Shown: in pieces, positions 45,524 to 56,164 of the stretch
Numbering within the stretch: position 1 is the first letter of the stretch
Layout of the letters: each line of letters opens with the position of its first letter
Origin: Histomonas meleagridis 2922-C6/04-290x
Lineage: Eukaryota > Protista > Parabasalia
Direction of reading: 5' to 3'
DNA length: 64,000 nt
Assembly (NCBI GenBank): GCA_020184695.1
Contig: JAANOX010000111.1
Location: 62,001 to 126,000, forward strand
Translations under genes and position numbers: made by a program
The notes under the pieces: model-generated
What the model was told of the DNA's origin: nothing
What the model saw: only the letters and a program-made list of their open reading frames with translations
The model's database searches: none

Positions 45524-46618
45524 ATGGCTTATTCGCTTGATTTCTGCGATGCTCCAATTTCTTGCCATGCATGGAACAAAGATGGAACTATGGTTGCTCT
45601 TTGTCCTAATACCTCGGATCTTTTGATTTATAAAGTTAATGGCAAGACAACAGAACTTCTTTATACTCTCAAAGAACACACTCAACTCATTAGCAGCTGT
45701 GATTGGAACCCAGTCGATGATTCAATTGTTACATGTTCTCATGATCGTAATGCTTATGTCTGGAAATTATCAGAAGATAAAAAAGAATGGAAGAAACAAC
45801 TGGTTCTTCTCAAGTTAGATAGGGCTGCTACATTTGTCAGGTGGTCTCCAGATGGCACAAAGTTTGTTTGTGCAACAGGTTCCAAGAAATTACGTGTTTG
45901 CTCATATGATCCAAATCAAAATTGGTGGCAATCTTTTACCTATGATCACAAGCACCCAACATCACTAACAGTTGATTTCATGCCAGACAATCTTCATATT
46001 ATTTGCTCATGTTCTGATCGTCATATGACATATTTCACAATCGATGATAAAGAAGCTAAAGACCATATGAAGAAATCAGGAAGCAAGAGCAAGAAGATTG
46101 ATTTTGCTCTCCAAACTTACTCATGCCAAGGATGGTGCAATGCAACAGCAAGATCTCCAGATGGCGAATGGATTGCTTTCACTTCCCAAGACTCCTACAT
46201 CAGATTTGTCAAAACCAGCGAGATAGAACAAGATGATGCCCCAGTTAGACAACATAACATCAATGGCCTTCCATTACTTTCACTTTGCTTCATAAGCAAT
46301 ACTGCCCTTATTGGTGGTGGATTTGATTGCGCACCTCGTCTCTTCGTTTTGGAAGGTGATGATTGGACTGATCTTGGATTAATTGATATTCCAGAAATTC
46401 GCGAAAAGGCATCAGGAGCTGCTTCAAGTGGATTTGCTTCAAAGGCTGCAGCATTTGGTGGAAAGGCTGTTACTAAGAGCGAAGGAATTCACAATAATAT
46501 AATCCTTGGAATTCGTGTAACTAAAGATGCATTCTCAACATGCGCAAACGATGGCAAGCTTGGTATTTGGCCATTTAGCGCACTTAAGAATCATTTCAAG
46601 GGAAAGAAGCTCTTCTGA
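45524..46618 (+). CDS. ARPC1: Arp2/3 complex subunit 1 (WD40)
   Basis: PISCHAWNKD, IVTCSHDRNAYVW, LVLLKLDRAATFVRWSP..KF, and LIGGGFDCAP. Confidence 0.93.
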   Translation: MAYSLDFCDAPISCHAWNKDGTMVALCPNTSDLLIYKVNGKTTELLYTLKEHTQLISSCDWNPVDDSIVTCSHDRNAYVWKLSEDKKEWKKQLVLLKLDRAATFVRWSPDGTKFVCATGSKKLRVCSYDPNQNWWQSFTYDHKHPTSLTVDFMPDNLHIICSCSDRHMTYFTIDDKEAKDHMKKSGSKSKKIDFALQTYSCQGWCNATARSPDGEWIAFTSQDSYIRFVKTSEIEQDDAPVRQHNINGLPLLSLCFISNTALIGGGFDCAPRLFVLEGDDWTDLGLIDIPEIREKASGAASSGFASKAAAFGGKAVTKSEGIHNNIILGIRVTKDAFSTCANDGKLGIWPFSALKNHFKGKKLF

Positions 46619-46754
46619 AATTGAGTAAAAATCATTTTCACTTTTTTGTAAAGTAACCGGGTGCCCCAAATATTGAGAATATAACTGTTAATTTTCTGGC
46701 ATTTTTATTGGATGCAATTAGAAAATTTATCCCACACAGGCAAACAAAACAATA

Positions 46755-49700
46755 ATGTCATCGGTAAAATTAAAATTAGTACTCAACACGAAGCAGATTT
46801 ATATAATAAAATTAATTGGAACAGATTTGAATTCAAATGATAATTTAAAAGCTATCCCAAGATGTGAAGCATCTTCAAACAATAATTCTAATTGTCTGGT
46901 ATCATTAAATAATAATTATAATCAATGGAAATATGTTTCTGCATGGGGATCATGTACAAACAATACATCGAATCAAGGGAAATCTGTTTCTTCATACAAT
47001 ATTAATAATCAATGGAAATCTGTTTCTGCATGGGGATCATGCGCAAACAATACATCGAATCAAGGGAAATCTGTTTCTTCATACAATATTAATAATCAAT
47101 GGAAATCTGTTTCTGCATGGGGATCATGTACAAACAATACATCGAATCAAGGGAAATCTGTTTCTTCATACAATATTAATAATCAAGAGAAATCTGTTTC
47201 TTCATACAATATTAATAATCAAGGGAAATCTGTTTCTTCATACAATATTAATAATCAATGGAAATCTGTTTCTTCATACAATATTAATAATCAAGGGAAA
47301 TCTGTTTCTTCATACAATATTAATAATCAATGGAAATCTGTTTTTTCATACAATATTAATAATCAAGGGAAATCTGTTTCTTCATACAATATTAATAATC
47401 AAGAGAAATCTGTTTTTTCATACAATATTAATAATCAAGGGAAATCTGTTTCTTCATACAATATTAATAATCAATGGAAATCTGTTTTTTCATACAATAT
47501 TAATAATCAATGGAAATCTGTTTCTTCATACAATATTAATAATCAAGGGAAATCTGTTTCTTCATACAATATTAATAATCAATGGAAATCTGTTTCTGCA
47601 TGGGGATCATGCGCAAACAATACATCGAATCAAGAGAAATCTGTTTCTTCATACAATATTAATAATCAATGGAAATCTGTTTCTTCATACAATATTAATA
47701 ATCAATGGAAATCTGTTTCTGCATGGGGATCATGTACAAACAATACATCGAATCAAGAGAAATCTGTTTCTTCATACAATATTAATAATCAATGGAAATC
47801 TGTTTCTGCATGGGGATCATGCGCAAACAATACATCGAATCAAGGGAAATCTGTTTCTTCATACAATATTAATAATCAAGGGAAATCTGTTTCTTCATAC
47901 AATATTAATAATCAATGGAAATCTGTTTCTTCATACAATATTAATAATCAAGGGAAATCTGTTTCTTCATACAATATTAATAATCAAGGGAAATCTGTTT
48001 CTTCATACAATATTAATAATCAAGAGAAATCTGTTTCTTCATACAATATTAATAATCAAGGGAAATCTGTTTCTGCATGGGGATCATGCGCAAACAATAC
48101 ATCGAATCAAGGGAAATCTGTTTCTTCAAACAATACATCGAATCAAGAGAAATCTGTTTCTTCATACAATATTAATAATCAATGGAAATCTGTTTCTTCA
48201 TACAATATTAATAATCAATGGAAATCTGTTTCTGCATGGGGATCATGCGCAAACAATACATCGAATCAAGAGAAATCTGTTTCTTCATACAATATTAATA
48301 ATCAATGGAAATCTGTTTCTGCATGGGGATCATGTACAAACAATACATCGAATCAAGAGAAATCTGTTTCTTCATACAATATTAATAATCAATGGAAATC
48401 TGTTTCTGCATGGGGATCATGCGCAAACAATACATCGAATCAAGAGAAATCTGTTTCTTCATACAATATTAATAATCAAGGGAAATCTGTTTCTTCATAC
48501 AATATTAATAATCAAGGGAAATCTGTTTCTTCATACAATATTAATAATCAAGGGAAATCTGTTTCTGCATGGGGATCATGCGCAAACAATACATCGAATC
48601 AAGGGAAATCTGTTTCTTCATACAATATTAATAATCAATGGAAATCTGTTTCTGCATGGGGATCATGCGCAAACAATACATCGAATCAAGGGAAATCTGT
48701 TTCTTCATACAATATTAATAATCAAGAGAAATCTGTTTCTTCATACAATATTAATAATCAAGGGAAATCTGTTTCTTCATACAATATTAATAATCAATGG
48801 AAATCTGTTTCTTCATACAATATTAATAATCAATGGAAATCTGTTTCTTCATACAATATTAATAATCAAGGGAAATCTGTTTCTTCATACAATATTAATA
48901 ATCAATGGAAATCTGTCATACAATATTAATACTCAATGGAAATCTGTTTCTTCATACAATATTAATAATCAATGGAAATCTGTTTCTTCATACAATATTA
49001 ATAATCAATGGAAATCTGTTTCTGCATGGGGATCATGCGCAAACAATACATCGAATCAAGGGAAATCTGTTTCTTCATACAATATTAATAATCAATGGAA
49101 ATCTGTTTCTTCATACAATATTAATAATCAAGGGAAATCTGTTTCTTCATACAATATTAATAATCAAGGGAAATCTGTTTCTGCATGGGGATCATGCGCA
49201 AACAATACATCGAATCAAGGGAAATCTGTTTCTTCAAACAATACATCGAATCAAGAGAAATCTGTTTCTTCATACAATATTAATAATCAATGGAAATCTG
49301 TTTCTTCATACAATATTAATAATCAAGGGAAATCTGTTTCTGCATGGGGATCATGCGCAAACAATACATCGAATCAAGAGAAATCTGTTTCTTCATACAA
49401 TATTAATAATCAAGGGAAATCTGTTTCTGCATGGGGATCATGCGCAAACAATACATCGAATCAAGGGAAATCTGTTTCTTCATACAATATTAATAATCAA
49501 GGGAAATCTGTTTCTGCATGGGGATCATGCGCAAACAATACATCGAATCAAGGGAAATCTGTTTCTTCAAACAATACATCGAATCAAGAGAAATCTGTTT
49601 CTTCATACAATATTAATAATCAAGGGAAATCTGTTTCTGCATGGGGATCATGCGCAAACAATACATCGAATCAAGAGAAATCTGTTTCTTCATACAATAT

Positions 49701-50130
49701 TAATAATCAATGGAAATCTGTTTCTTCATACAATATTAATAATCAAGGGAAATCTGTTTCTTCATACAATATTAATAATCAAGGGAAATCTGTTTCTGCA
49801 TGGGGATCATGCGCAAACAATACATCGAATCAAGGGAAATCTGTTTCTTCATACAATATTAATAATCAAGGGAAATCTGTTTCTGCATGGGGATCATGTA
49901 CAAACAATACATCGAATCAAGGGAAATCTGTTTCTTCAAACAATACATCGAATCAAGGGAAATCTGCTTCTTCAAACAATACATCGAATCAAGGGAAATC
50001 TGTTTCTTCAAACAATATCTATAATCAATGGAAATCTGTTTCTTCATGGGGATCATGTACAAACAATACATCGAATCAAGGGAAATCTGCTTCTTCAAAC
50101 AATATCTATAATCAATTGAATTCAATATAG
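46755..50130 (+). CDS. Repetitive Asn/Ser/Gln-rich ORF split by one 5-nt deletion near 48915
   Basis: ORF 46755-48929 switches frame where GTTTCTTCATAC is reduced to GTCATAC. Restoring 5 nt gives one 1127-codon frame ending at TAG 50128-50130. Coding status is unproven. Confidence 0.4.
46920..50120 (+). repeat. Modular minisatellite, ~80 units of 36 or 51 nt
   Basis: Constant head AATCAA[TGG/GGG/GAG]AAATCTGTTTCT followed by tail A TCATACAATATTAAT, tail B GCATGGGGATCATG[CG/TA]CAAACAATACATCG, or hybrid tail C TCAAACAATACATCG, in irregular order. Confidence 0.97.
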
Positions 50131-50218
50131 AGAACCACTTCAATTAATAATAATTCATATGATACACACAACGCATTCCACACAATAATATAATTTTGCT
50201 ATTCATAAAGGCACTTTA

Positions 50219-51292
50219 TTACTCACTATACTTCTCGAACAGCTCTTCCCAAGATTCATACTCGACACCATCTGCGTCTACCAAATATTTTCCATTTGTA
50301 TCCACGGACACTCTGTTGTATACATTTTTCTCTTTTCCTTCGCCCAAACTTAATGTGAAGCAGTTCATTTCCATATCCTCTATGTTAGTATTCGCAAGTT
50401 CGGACATGTCGTTGAACACAATGGAATTCATTATGTTTTGCGGACACTTCAAAAAGTGACCGATCTTTCGCATCGCTGTCGGAGCAGGTCCGAACATAGC
50501 CATAAACGCGCAGAATTGCATGAACTCTGTCTCAGGCTGGATCTCCGGGTCAAAGATAAACCTTATCGCATCGCGTGCATTTGATTCGGTTTGATTTGGC
50601 AAACGAAGTAGTTCCGAAACTTTCCGAATAAATTGAACTGTGTTCACTACAGCTTCGTTTGGACAAAGGCGCTTCCAAAAAATACTACAATCCTCCCAAA
50701 ATTGATTTTCAACTGTTGACGATGTTTGCCCACCAAGCTTGAAATATGGATTTTCGGTCACATGAACCATTTTATAGTACTTCTCGTACTCAGACATGGT
50801 GTTGTTGAGGTTTTTTTTCAAAAATTTGCGAAATTTCTCGATTTCATGGAAGCCCATGGACCACGCGTTTTTCACTATTTCGCGACTGTCTATGATGGGG
50901 CGCTTTGAGCGTAATTTCCCGGATCGTTTTTTCTTTTTATTACTATCTGTATCTAAATCTTTGTCTGCGGTTTTATTTTCGTCATCAAGTTCTTCTTCGT
51001 GAGATGGGTTTTCGTTTTCCTCTTCTTCTTCTTTTTCTTTCATTGATTTTTCGAGCTCTTCCCTTTGTTTTAATTGTGCTTCATAAATTTGATTGTTTTT
51101 CTCTGTCCTTTCAAGAAGCCTTTCGGTACCTTTTACTTTTTTATCTACTTTATCAACATCTTCAAAATGAATTGCATAATATTTTTCATTACATTTTTTA
51201 ATTTTTGCTTTCCATAAATCTGTTTTATTTCTATCGATGAAATAAATGTCATCTCCTCTTTGGAATTGATGGTCTGTTCTCTCGAAATCCAT
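50219..51292 (-). CDS. Hypothetical protein with N-terminal chromo-barrel/Tudor-like domain
   Basis: FQRGDDIYFIDRNKTDLWKAKIKKCNEKYYAIHFED resembles Tudor-knot/chromo-barrel folds; acidic stretch and basic NLS-like KKKRSGKLRSKR. First ATG at 51292. Confidence 0.55.
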   Translation of the reverse strand: MDFERTDHQFQRGDDIYFIDRNKTDLWKAKIKKCNEKYYAIHFEDVDKVDKKVKGTERLLERTEKNNQIYEAQLKQREELEKSMKEKEEEEENENPSHEEELDDENKTADKDLDTDSNKKKKRSGKLRSKRPIIDSREIVKNAWSMGFHEIEKFRKFLKKNLNNTMSEYEKYYKMVHVTENPYFKLGGQTSSTVENQFWEDCSIFWKRLCPNEAVVNTVQFIRKVSELLRLPNQTESNARDAIRFIFDPEIQPETEFMQFCAFMAMFGPAPTAMRKIGHFLKCPQNIMNSIVFNDMSELANTNIEDMEMNCFTLSLGEGKEKNVYNRVSVDTNGKYLVDADGVEYESWEELFEKYSE

Positions 51293-52655
51293 TTTGGTGA
51301 ATACTAACTCCTCAAACGATAGACTATTTGAATACGATATTTGGATATAAATAATTCTGACACGATATTTCAATGAAATCAAAATTGCCTTATTTCTGGA
51401 AATGATTATTCATTGTGTTTGTCGGCTAGTAATGCTTTTTTATCCTGAATTCTGGAATCATTACTGTTTCGATAAACACTGTCAGTTCAAACCATGTTTT
51501 TTGTTGCTTTATATCATCAGAGTAATTGAAAATTTTTATGTCTTTTCTATGCTTTTTGATCGTATTTTCTTATTATAAACATTTTTATCTCCAAATCAAA
51601 TAATAATATACTAAAATCATATCGTGCTATCAATTGGAATTATTATGTTGTTTATTATATTTCAAAATAAATTTTCATGATATTTTGATTTTAAAATGAA
51701 TAGAACTCAATATCAACTGAATATAAATCAAAATTAACAAAAAATTTAAATATATTATATAATTATAAAAAATGTAATAGAGAGAGATTTCAACTTTTTA
51801 ATTTGAACTGGAATTGGTTATCTATCAAAAAAAAATTAAAATAATTTAGTACTTAACAAAGACCATTGATAATTATAAATATTTTTTGGGTTTACAAATT
51901 AAAATTATAAATGTGTATTGATTTATTATGAACAAAACAAAATTTTTTCTGCGGTGACCGTTTACATATCATGGATTTAATCGTTTTTCATTCAATTTCT
52001 TCTCAATTAATCAGATTAAAGAATGCTTTACAGAAAAGTGTACGTGTCAGAAAGAACGCCACCAAAATTTTGGAGTTCTGAATAATAAAATTTTGTGCTA
52101 GTGGCATTCTTCCATAATTTTAAATGTACAACCAAAGTTACTACTATAATTATGATGGTCAATATATGTTAAATCCAATGCCAAATTATTCATTCCAAAA
52201 TAATCAAAGTTATTATCAAGAATTTTCTCAAATTCAATCTTTTGAATAAACATAGTAAATAATATGGATGAAAACATATTCAATTAATAAAATTACAGAA
52301 TTTTTTATCGAAAAACAAAAACAAAAACGAAGATTAAATAAACAAAGAAATAGAAATGCGCCAATAGTATATAAAATTAAAACAAATCGAAGAAATAACG
52401 TTTGAATACCTAATAAGAAAGTTTAAATAATTGTTAATAAAAAATTTTTAATATTTTTTTTTTAATCGAAATAAAAAAATTCCGCGTCTATATCCCGTTA
52501 GATATTTAGTAGCTCAAATGAAGCATGTGTTGATTTGCTATAAATTAACAATTAAGAGTTTAATTATGTTTTGTTATTTTACTGAATCCATAATTATGGC
52601 TGATTAAAACGCTTTCAAAAATTTATACGTTTAGGATTTTTTGGGAAAAGAAATT

Positions 52656-53552
52656 ATGTCTGAAAACATATTCCAACAGGTGTTTGCATGTGCTAATCGT
52701 AGCGTTAATTACATTCAATGCAATGAAAATGAAAATCCAAATAATCAAATCTTAGAAAAAATCGTGAAAAAAAATGAAAGTAAAATTAATCAAAAATCTA
52801 AATCACAGGAAGAAATACCGATAAACCAAAATAAATCACTAAATGAAACAAAAGAATCTTCTACAGAAATTTTGCAGACTCAAAATATTGAAGATACACA
52901 AATAAAAGAAGAAAACACCATAAATGAAGAAGAACAACCCATTTTAGATGAACATGAAGAAGGCCAATCAGAAAGGGATATTCACACTTTATTGTTAACT
53001 CCAACCAAAGAACGTCAGGACATCAAATTCTCAACACTTAATCCACCATCACCTATACTCAAAGAAAACAAATTTTACACAACTGATTTACAATTAAATC
53101 AAATCAAAAAATCACCAATACATGGTTCAAAAGTTCCTATTAAAGTCAATTCTCCATTTTCTCTAAAAGGAGGAAATAAGAAATCCCCATATACGACAAC
53201 AACAACTCGACGAAAGAAACCAATCTCGGAAAGAGATGAAGCTTTTCAATTCCTTGATGAATTAGAAGCGAGGTATAAAGAAGTAAACGAATTACTGAAT
53301 GAAGCTAAAAAGGCGCTTGTAGCGGCAAACAAGAAAAATGAAAAATTACGAAAAAGGAAACTTGAGTTGCAGTTAATGATTGAAAGATTGAGCGCATCTT
53401 CTGCATTGTTAGATGAGAGACTTGAAACACAAGAAAATGAATTTAAAGATAAAGAAGCTGAAAGAGAAGAAGAATGGGAATTTAGAGTAAGCGAACTTAC
53501 TACTGAATATGAAACAATTAAATCTGATCTCTACACACAAATCACCAAGTAA
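52656..53552 (+). CDS. Hypothetical protein with C-terminal coiled coil
   Basis: Low-complexity E/N/K/Q N-half with SP sites and a heptad-rich C-terminal ~100 aa. Confidence 0.7.
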   Translation: MSENIFQQVFACANRSVNYIQCNENENPNNQILEKIVKKNESKINQKSKSQEEIPINQNKSLNETKESSTEILQTQNIEDTQIKEENTINEEEQPILDEHEEGQSERDIHTLLLTPTKERQDIKFSTLNPPSPILKENKFYTTDLQLNQIKKSPIHGSKVPIKVNSPFSLKGGNKKSPYTTTTTRRKKPISERDEAFQFLDELEARYKEVNELLNEAKKALVAANKKNEKLRKRKLELQLMIERLSASSALLDERLETQENEFKDKEAEREEEWEFRVSELTTEYETIKSDLYTQITK

Positions 53553-54407
53553 TTTGTTGGTTTATTAATAAAAATTTGATGTTTTTATGTATGAAACATT
53601 TTTCTAATAAACAAACACTCAAGCCTTTTTATATAGATTACAAAGCATAATGCCAGGCTGGATAATTTCAGATGATAATGTCGATAAAGAACTTTTAATG
53701 CAAAGTATTTAACATTTCGAAAAAGATGTGAATAGATTATAAGACGTTGTTCGCTCATCATTCTCAGAATCCATGGATAAAATATTTACCGATTCGCATA
53801 ACATTACGTTTGATTACTGGTAATTTAAAAGAAAGGAAAAGGAATGAAAACGAATCTTGAATAGGTGCAAATTTTAATATGCCTTAAGATTTCATTTAAA
53901 TATATGGACATACTGAAAGAGATGGATTAATAAGTCAATTAAAAATGAAAGAAGTATATGAAAAAGAATTGGCAAGTGTCCGAATATAAAGTTTGTAATT
54001 TTTACTTTTCATAAATTAATTGTGAAAATATTTTTCTATAATTGTAAATGAATCATTGATTGAGAACCTTAATATTATATTCTCTCAGAATGATAGAGAT
54101 TTGATTGTGATTTTGGAAAATTTCATGTATTATAAAAATGAAAAATTTGATCAATAACATAAATATTCATTTCTTAAATATTTTAGATAAATCATAATTG
54201 CTAAACACAATATTTACGTATTACCCAAAAAGACTTTTTAGTATTAAACAATGTCATTCGTTATTTTATAAAATTAATAATTTTTTCGGACGGAAATATC
54301 TATAAAAATAGTTTTTTCTTTATGAATACTATTTTCAGAGAATTATATGCAAAATAATAATGAGATGTAATTACAAAGCGTAAAATCAAAAATATTAATT
54401 ATAAAAT

Positions 54408-55385
54408 TTAGACGTCAAGTTCGTTATAAAGCTTGAGCAAATCCTTGCTGATTGGTTTCAGCTTTCCTACGAGTTGTTCCAGAGGCACCAATTGGATTTT
54501 TCCATCGACGACACCGACCATTTTTCCGGTTTCTCCGTTAAGTAATGCGTCAACAGCAGCAGATCCCATTAATGTTCCATACAATCTATCGCGGTAAGTT
54601 GGTGCGCCACCTCTTTGGGTGTATCCGAGAACAGTTGTCCTCACATCGAAGCCGGTTGTATCCTGGTGTTCTTGAAGGAACTTAACAAGTGCTTGTGTGC
54701 CTGGTTTCCATCCTTCTGCGACGACAACAATAGCATGAGGCTTGCCTTTAACGTAAGCATTTGTGATTGCATCGGCAATTTTCTCCATTGGTGGGGCTGG
54801 GATCTCGGGAACAAGACATACTTCGGCACCAGTGGCTGAAGCAGCCATCAATGCAAGGGCACCGCAATCTCTACCCATGACTTCGACAACAAATGCTCGT
54901 TGAATGGAAGATGCACAATCACGGATACGATCAATGGCTTCAATGATGATATTTAAGGCTGTGTCAACGCCAAGACAAACTTCAGTTCCATTAACATCAT
55001 CATCAATTGATCCTGGAATTCCAATAACAGGGAAGCCATCTTTGTAAAGATTGTATGCACCGGTAAGAGAACCATTGCCACCACAAACTATAAGACCTTC
55101 AATGCCCATGCGATTCATATTACGGATGGCTTCACGTCGGACTTTTGGATCAGTCCATTCAGGTAAACGAGCTGTACCAAGCCATGTACCACCAAGACCA
55201 AGTGTACCAGAAACTGCTCTTGAATTAAGAGGGAACATTTGACCTTCAATAAGTCCACGATAACCACGACGAACACCATAAACGGTAAGACCTTTATGAG
55301 CACCTGTACGTGCAACAGAACGAATGAGAGCATTGAGACCAGCGTTATCACCGCCGCTTGTCAGTACGCCAATCGATTTCAGCAT
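54408..55385 (-). CDS. PFK: ATP-dependent 6-phosphofructokinase, bacterial PfkA-type
   Basis: IGVLTSGGDNAGLNA, GGTWLGTAR, GGNGS, PGSIDDD, VEVMGRDCG, VLGYTQRGG; single 325-aa bacterial-size subunit. Confidence 0.95.
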   Translation of the reverse strand: MLKSIGVLTSGGDNAGLNALIRSVARTGAHKGLTVYGVRRGYRGLIEGQMFPLNSRAVSGTLGLGGTWLGTARLPEWTDPKVRREAIRNMNRMGIEGLIVCGGNGSLTGAYNLYKDGFPVIGIPGSIDDDVNGTEVCLGVDTALNIIIEAIDRIRDCASSIQRAFVVEVMGRDCGALALMAASATGAEVCLVPEIPAPPMEKIADAITNAYVKGKPHAIVVVAEGWKPGTQALVKFLQEHQDTTGFDVRTTVLGYTQRGGAPTYRDRLYGTLMGSAAVDALLNGETGKMVGVVDGKIQLVPLEQLVGKLKPISKDLLKLYNELDV

Positions 55386-56164
55386 TTATAACTGACCAGC
55401 GACCAACTGAATTTTATAGAAAAAGTAAAGTGGTGATAACGAAAATTGAATTAAGTCGGTTTTCATATCGGCCAATTTTTTATGAATGTTTATGCTTTTT
55501 GATTTTATAAAATTCAGGACGAATTCCAACGCCTTCAAGAAAAAAACTACATAATTAATAAATAAAATCGAACTACTGAGATATATAATCAAAGAAGGAT
55601 TATAAAATATGAGAATAGAAAAGATATCTTTTCAGCCATTATTTTGCATTAATGTTTAATGCAAAACTTATTATATTCTATATTTCTTATCCTTCTTATT
55701 TAAATATGTTTTTAGTTTATAAGTTTTGGCTGAAATTGAATAAATTTAAATTGCAATATTGCAAGAGAAGATTTAAAACTAAATGATCTACAAAATTTAT
55801 ATGATAATACTGTTAAAGTTTCGATTTCTTACAAATTATCAATAAATATATCTCAAATTATAGTTGGTAGACAAATAGATTGATACATTATCAGCAACGG
55901 TTATCTGACCCGCCATTTTCACATAATTGTACGTTAAATAAACGGTTAATCCGTCTGATCTGATTTGTTATTGCTTCATGCACACTAAATATTACATTTT
56001 TTTCGTTTACTGAATCTTTTTATCATCATTTTAAAATGTTTTTATAGTTTATTCTTTTTGTTTTTTATAATACTAAGGAGTTTGAGTTATTTATTGGATC
56101 GTTCGAACTTTATAACCCATGTGTAAAGTATTTAAATATATTTTGAAAAGAATAGTGTCAAAAA

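Noticed and set aside
46933-48920. 1065-aa ORF 46933-50130 as a gene in its own right
   Set aside because: It is a chimera of the alternative repeat frame and the post-frameshift main frame. Its ATG lies inside the first repeat unit, and the open frame is a by-product of stop-free units.
46920-50120. CRISPR-like array (constant 21-nt head alternating with variable segments)
   Set aside because: The 'spacers' are only three recurring types, not unique sequences. There are no cas genes, the context is eukaryotic, and all unit lengths are multiples of 3.
53640-53990. Coding-looking segment after the coiled-coil gene
   Set aside because: Stops occur in the frames examined and I could not recognise any homology.
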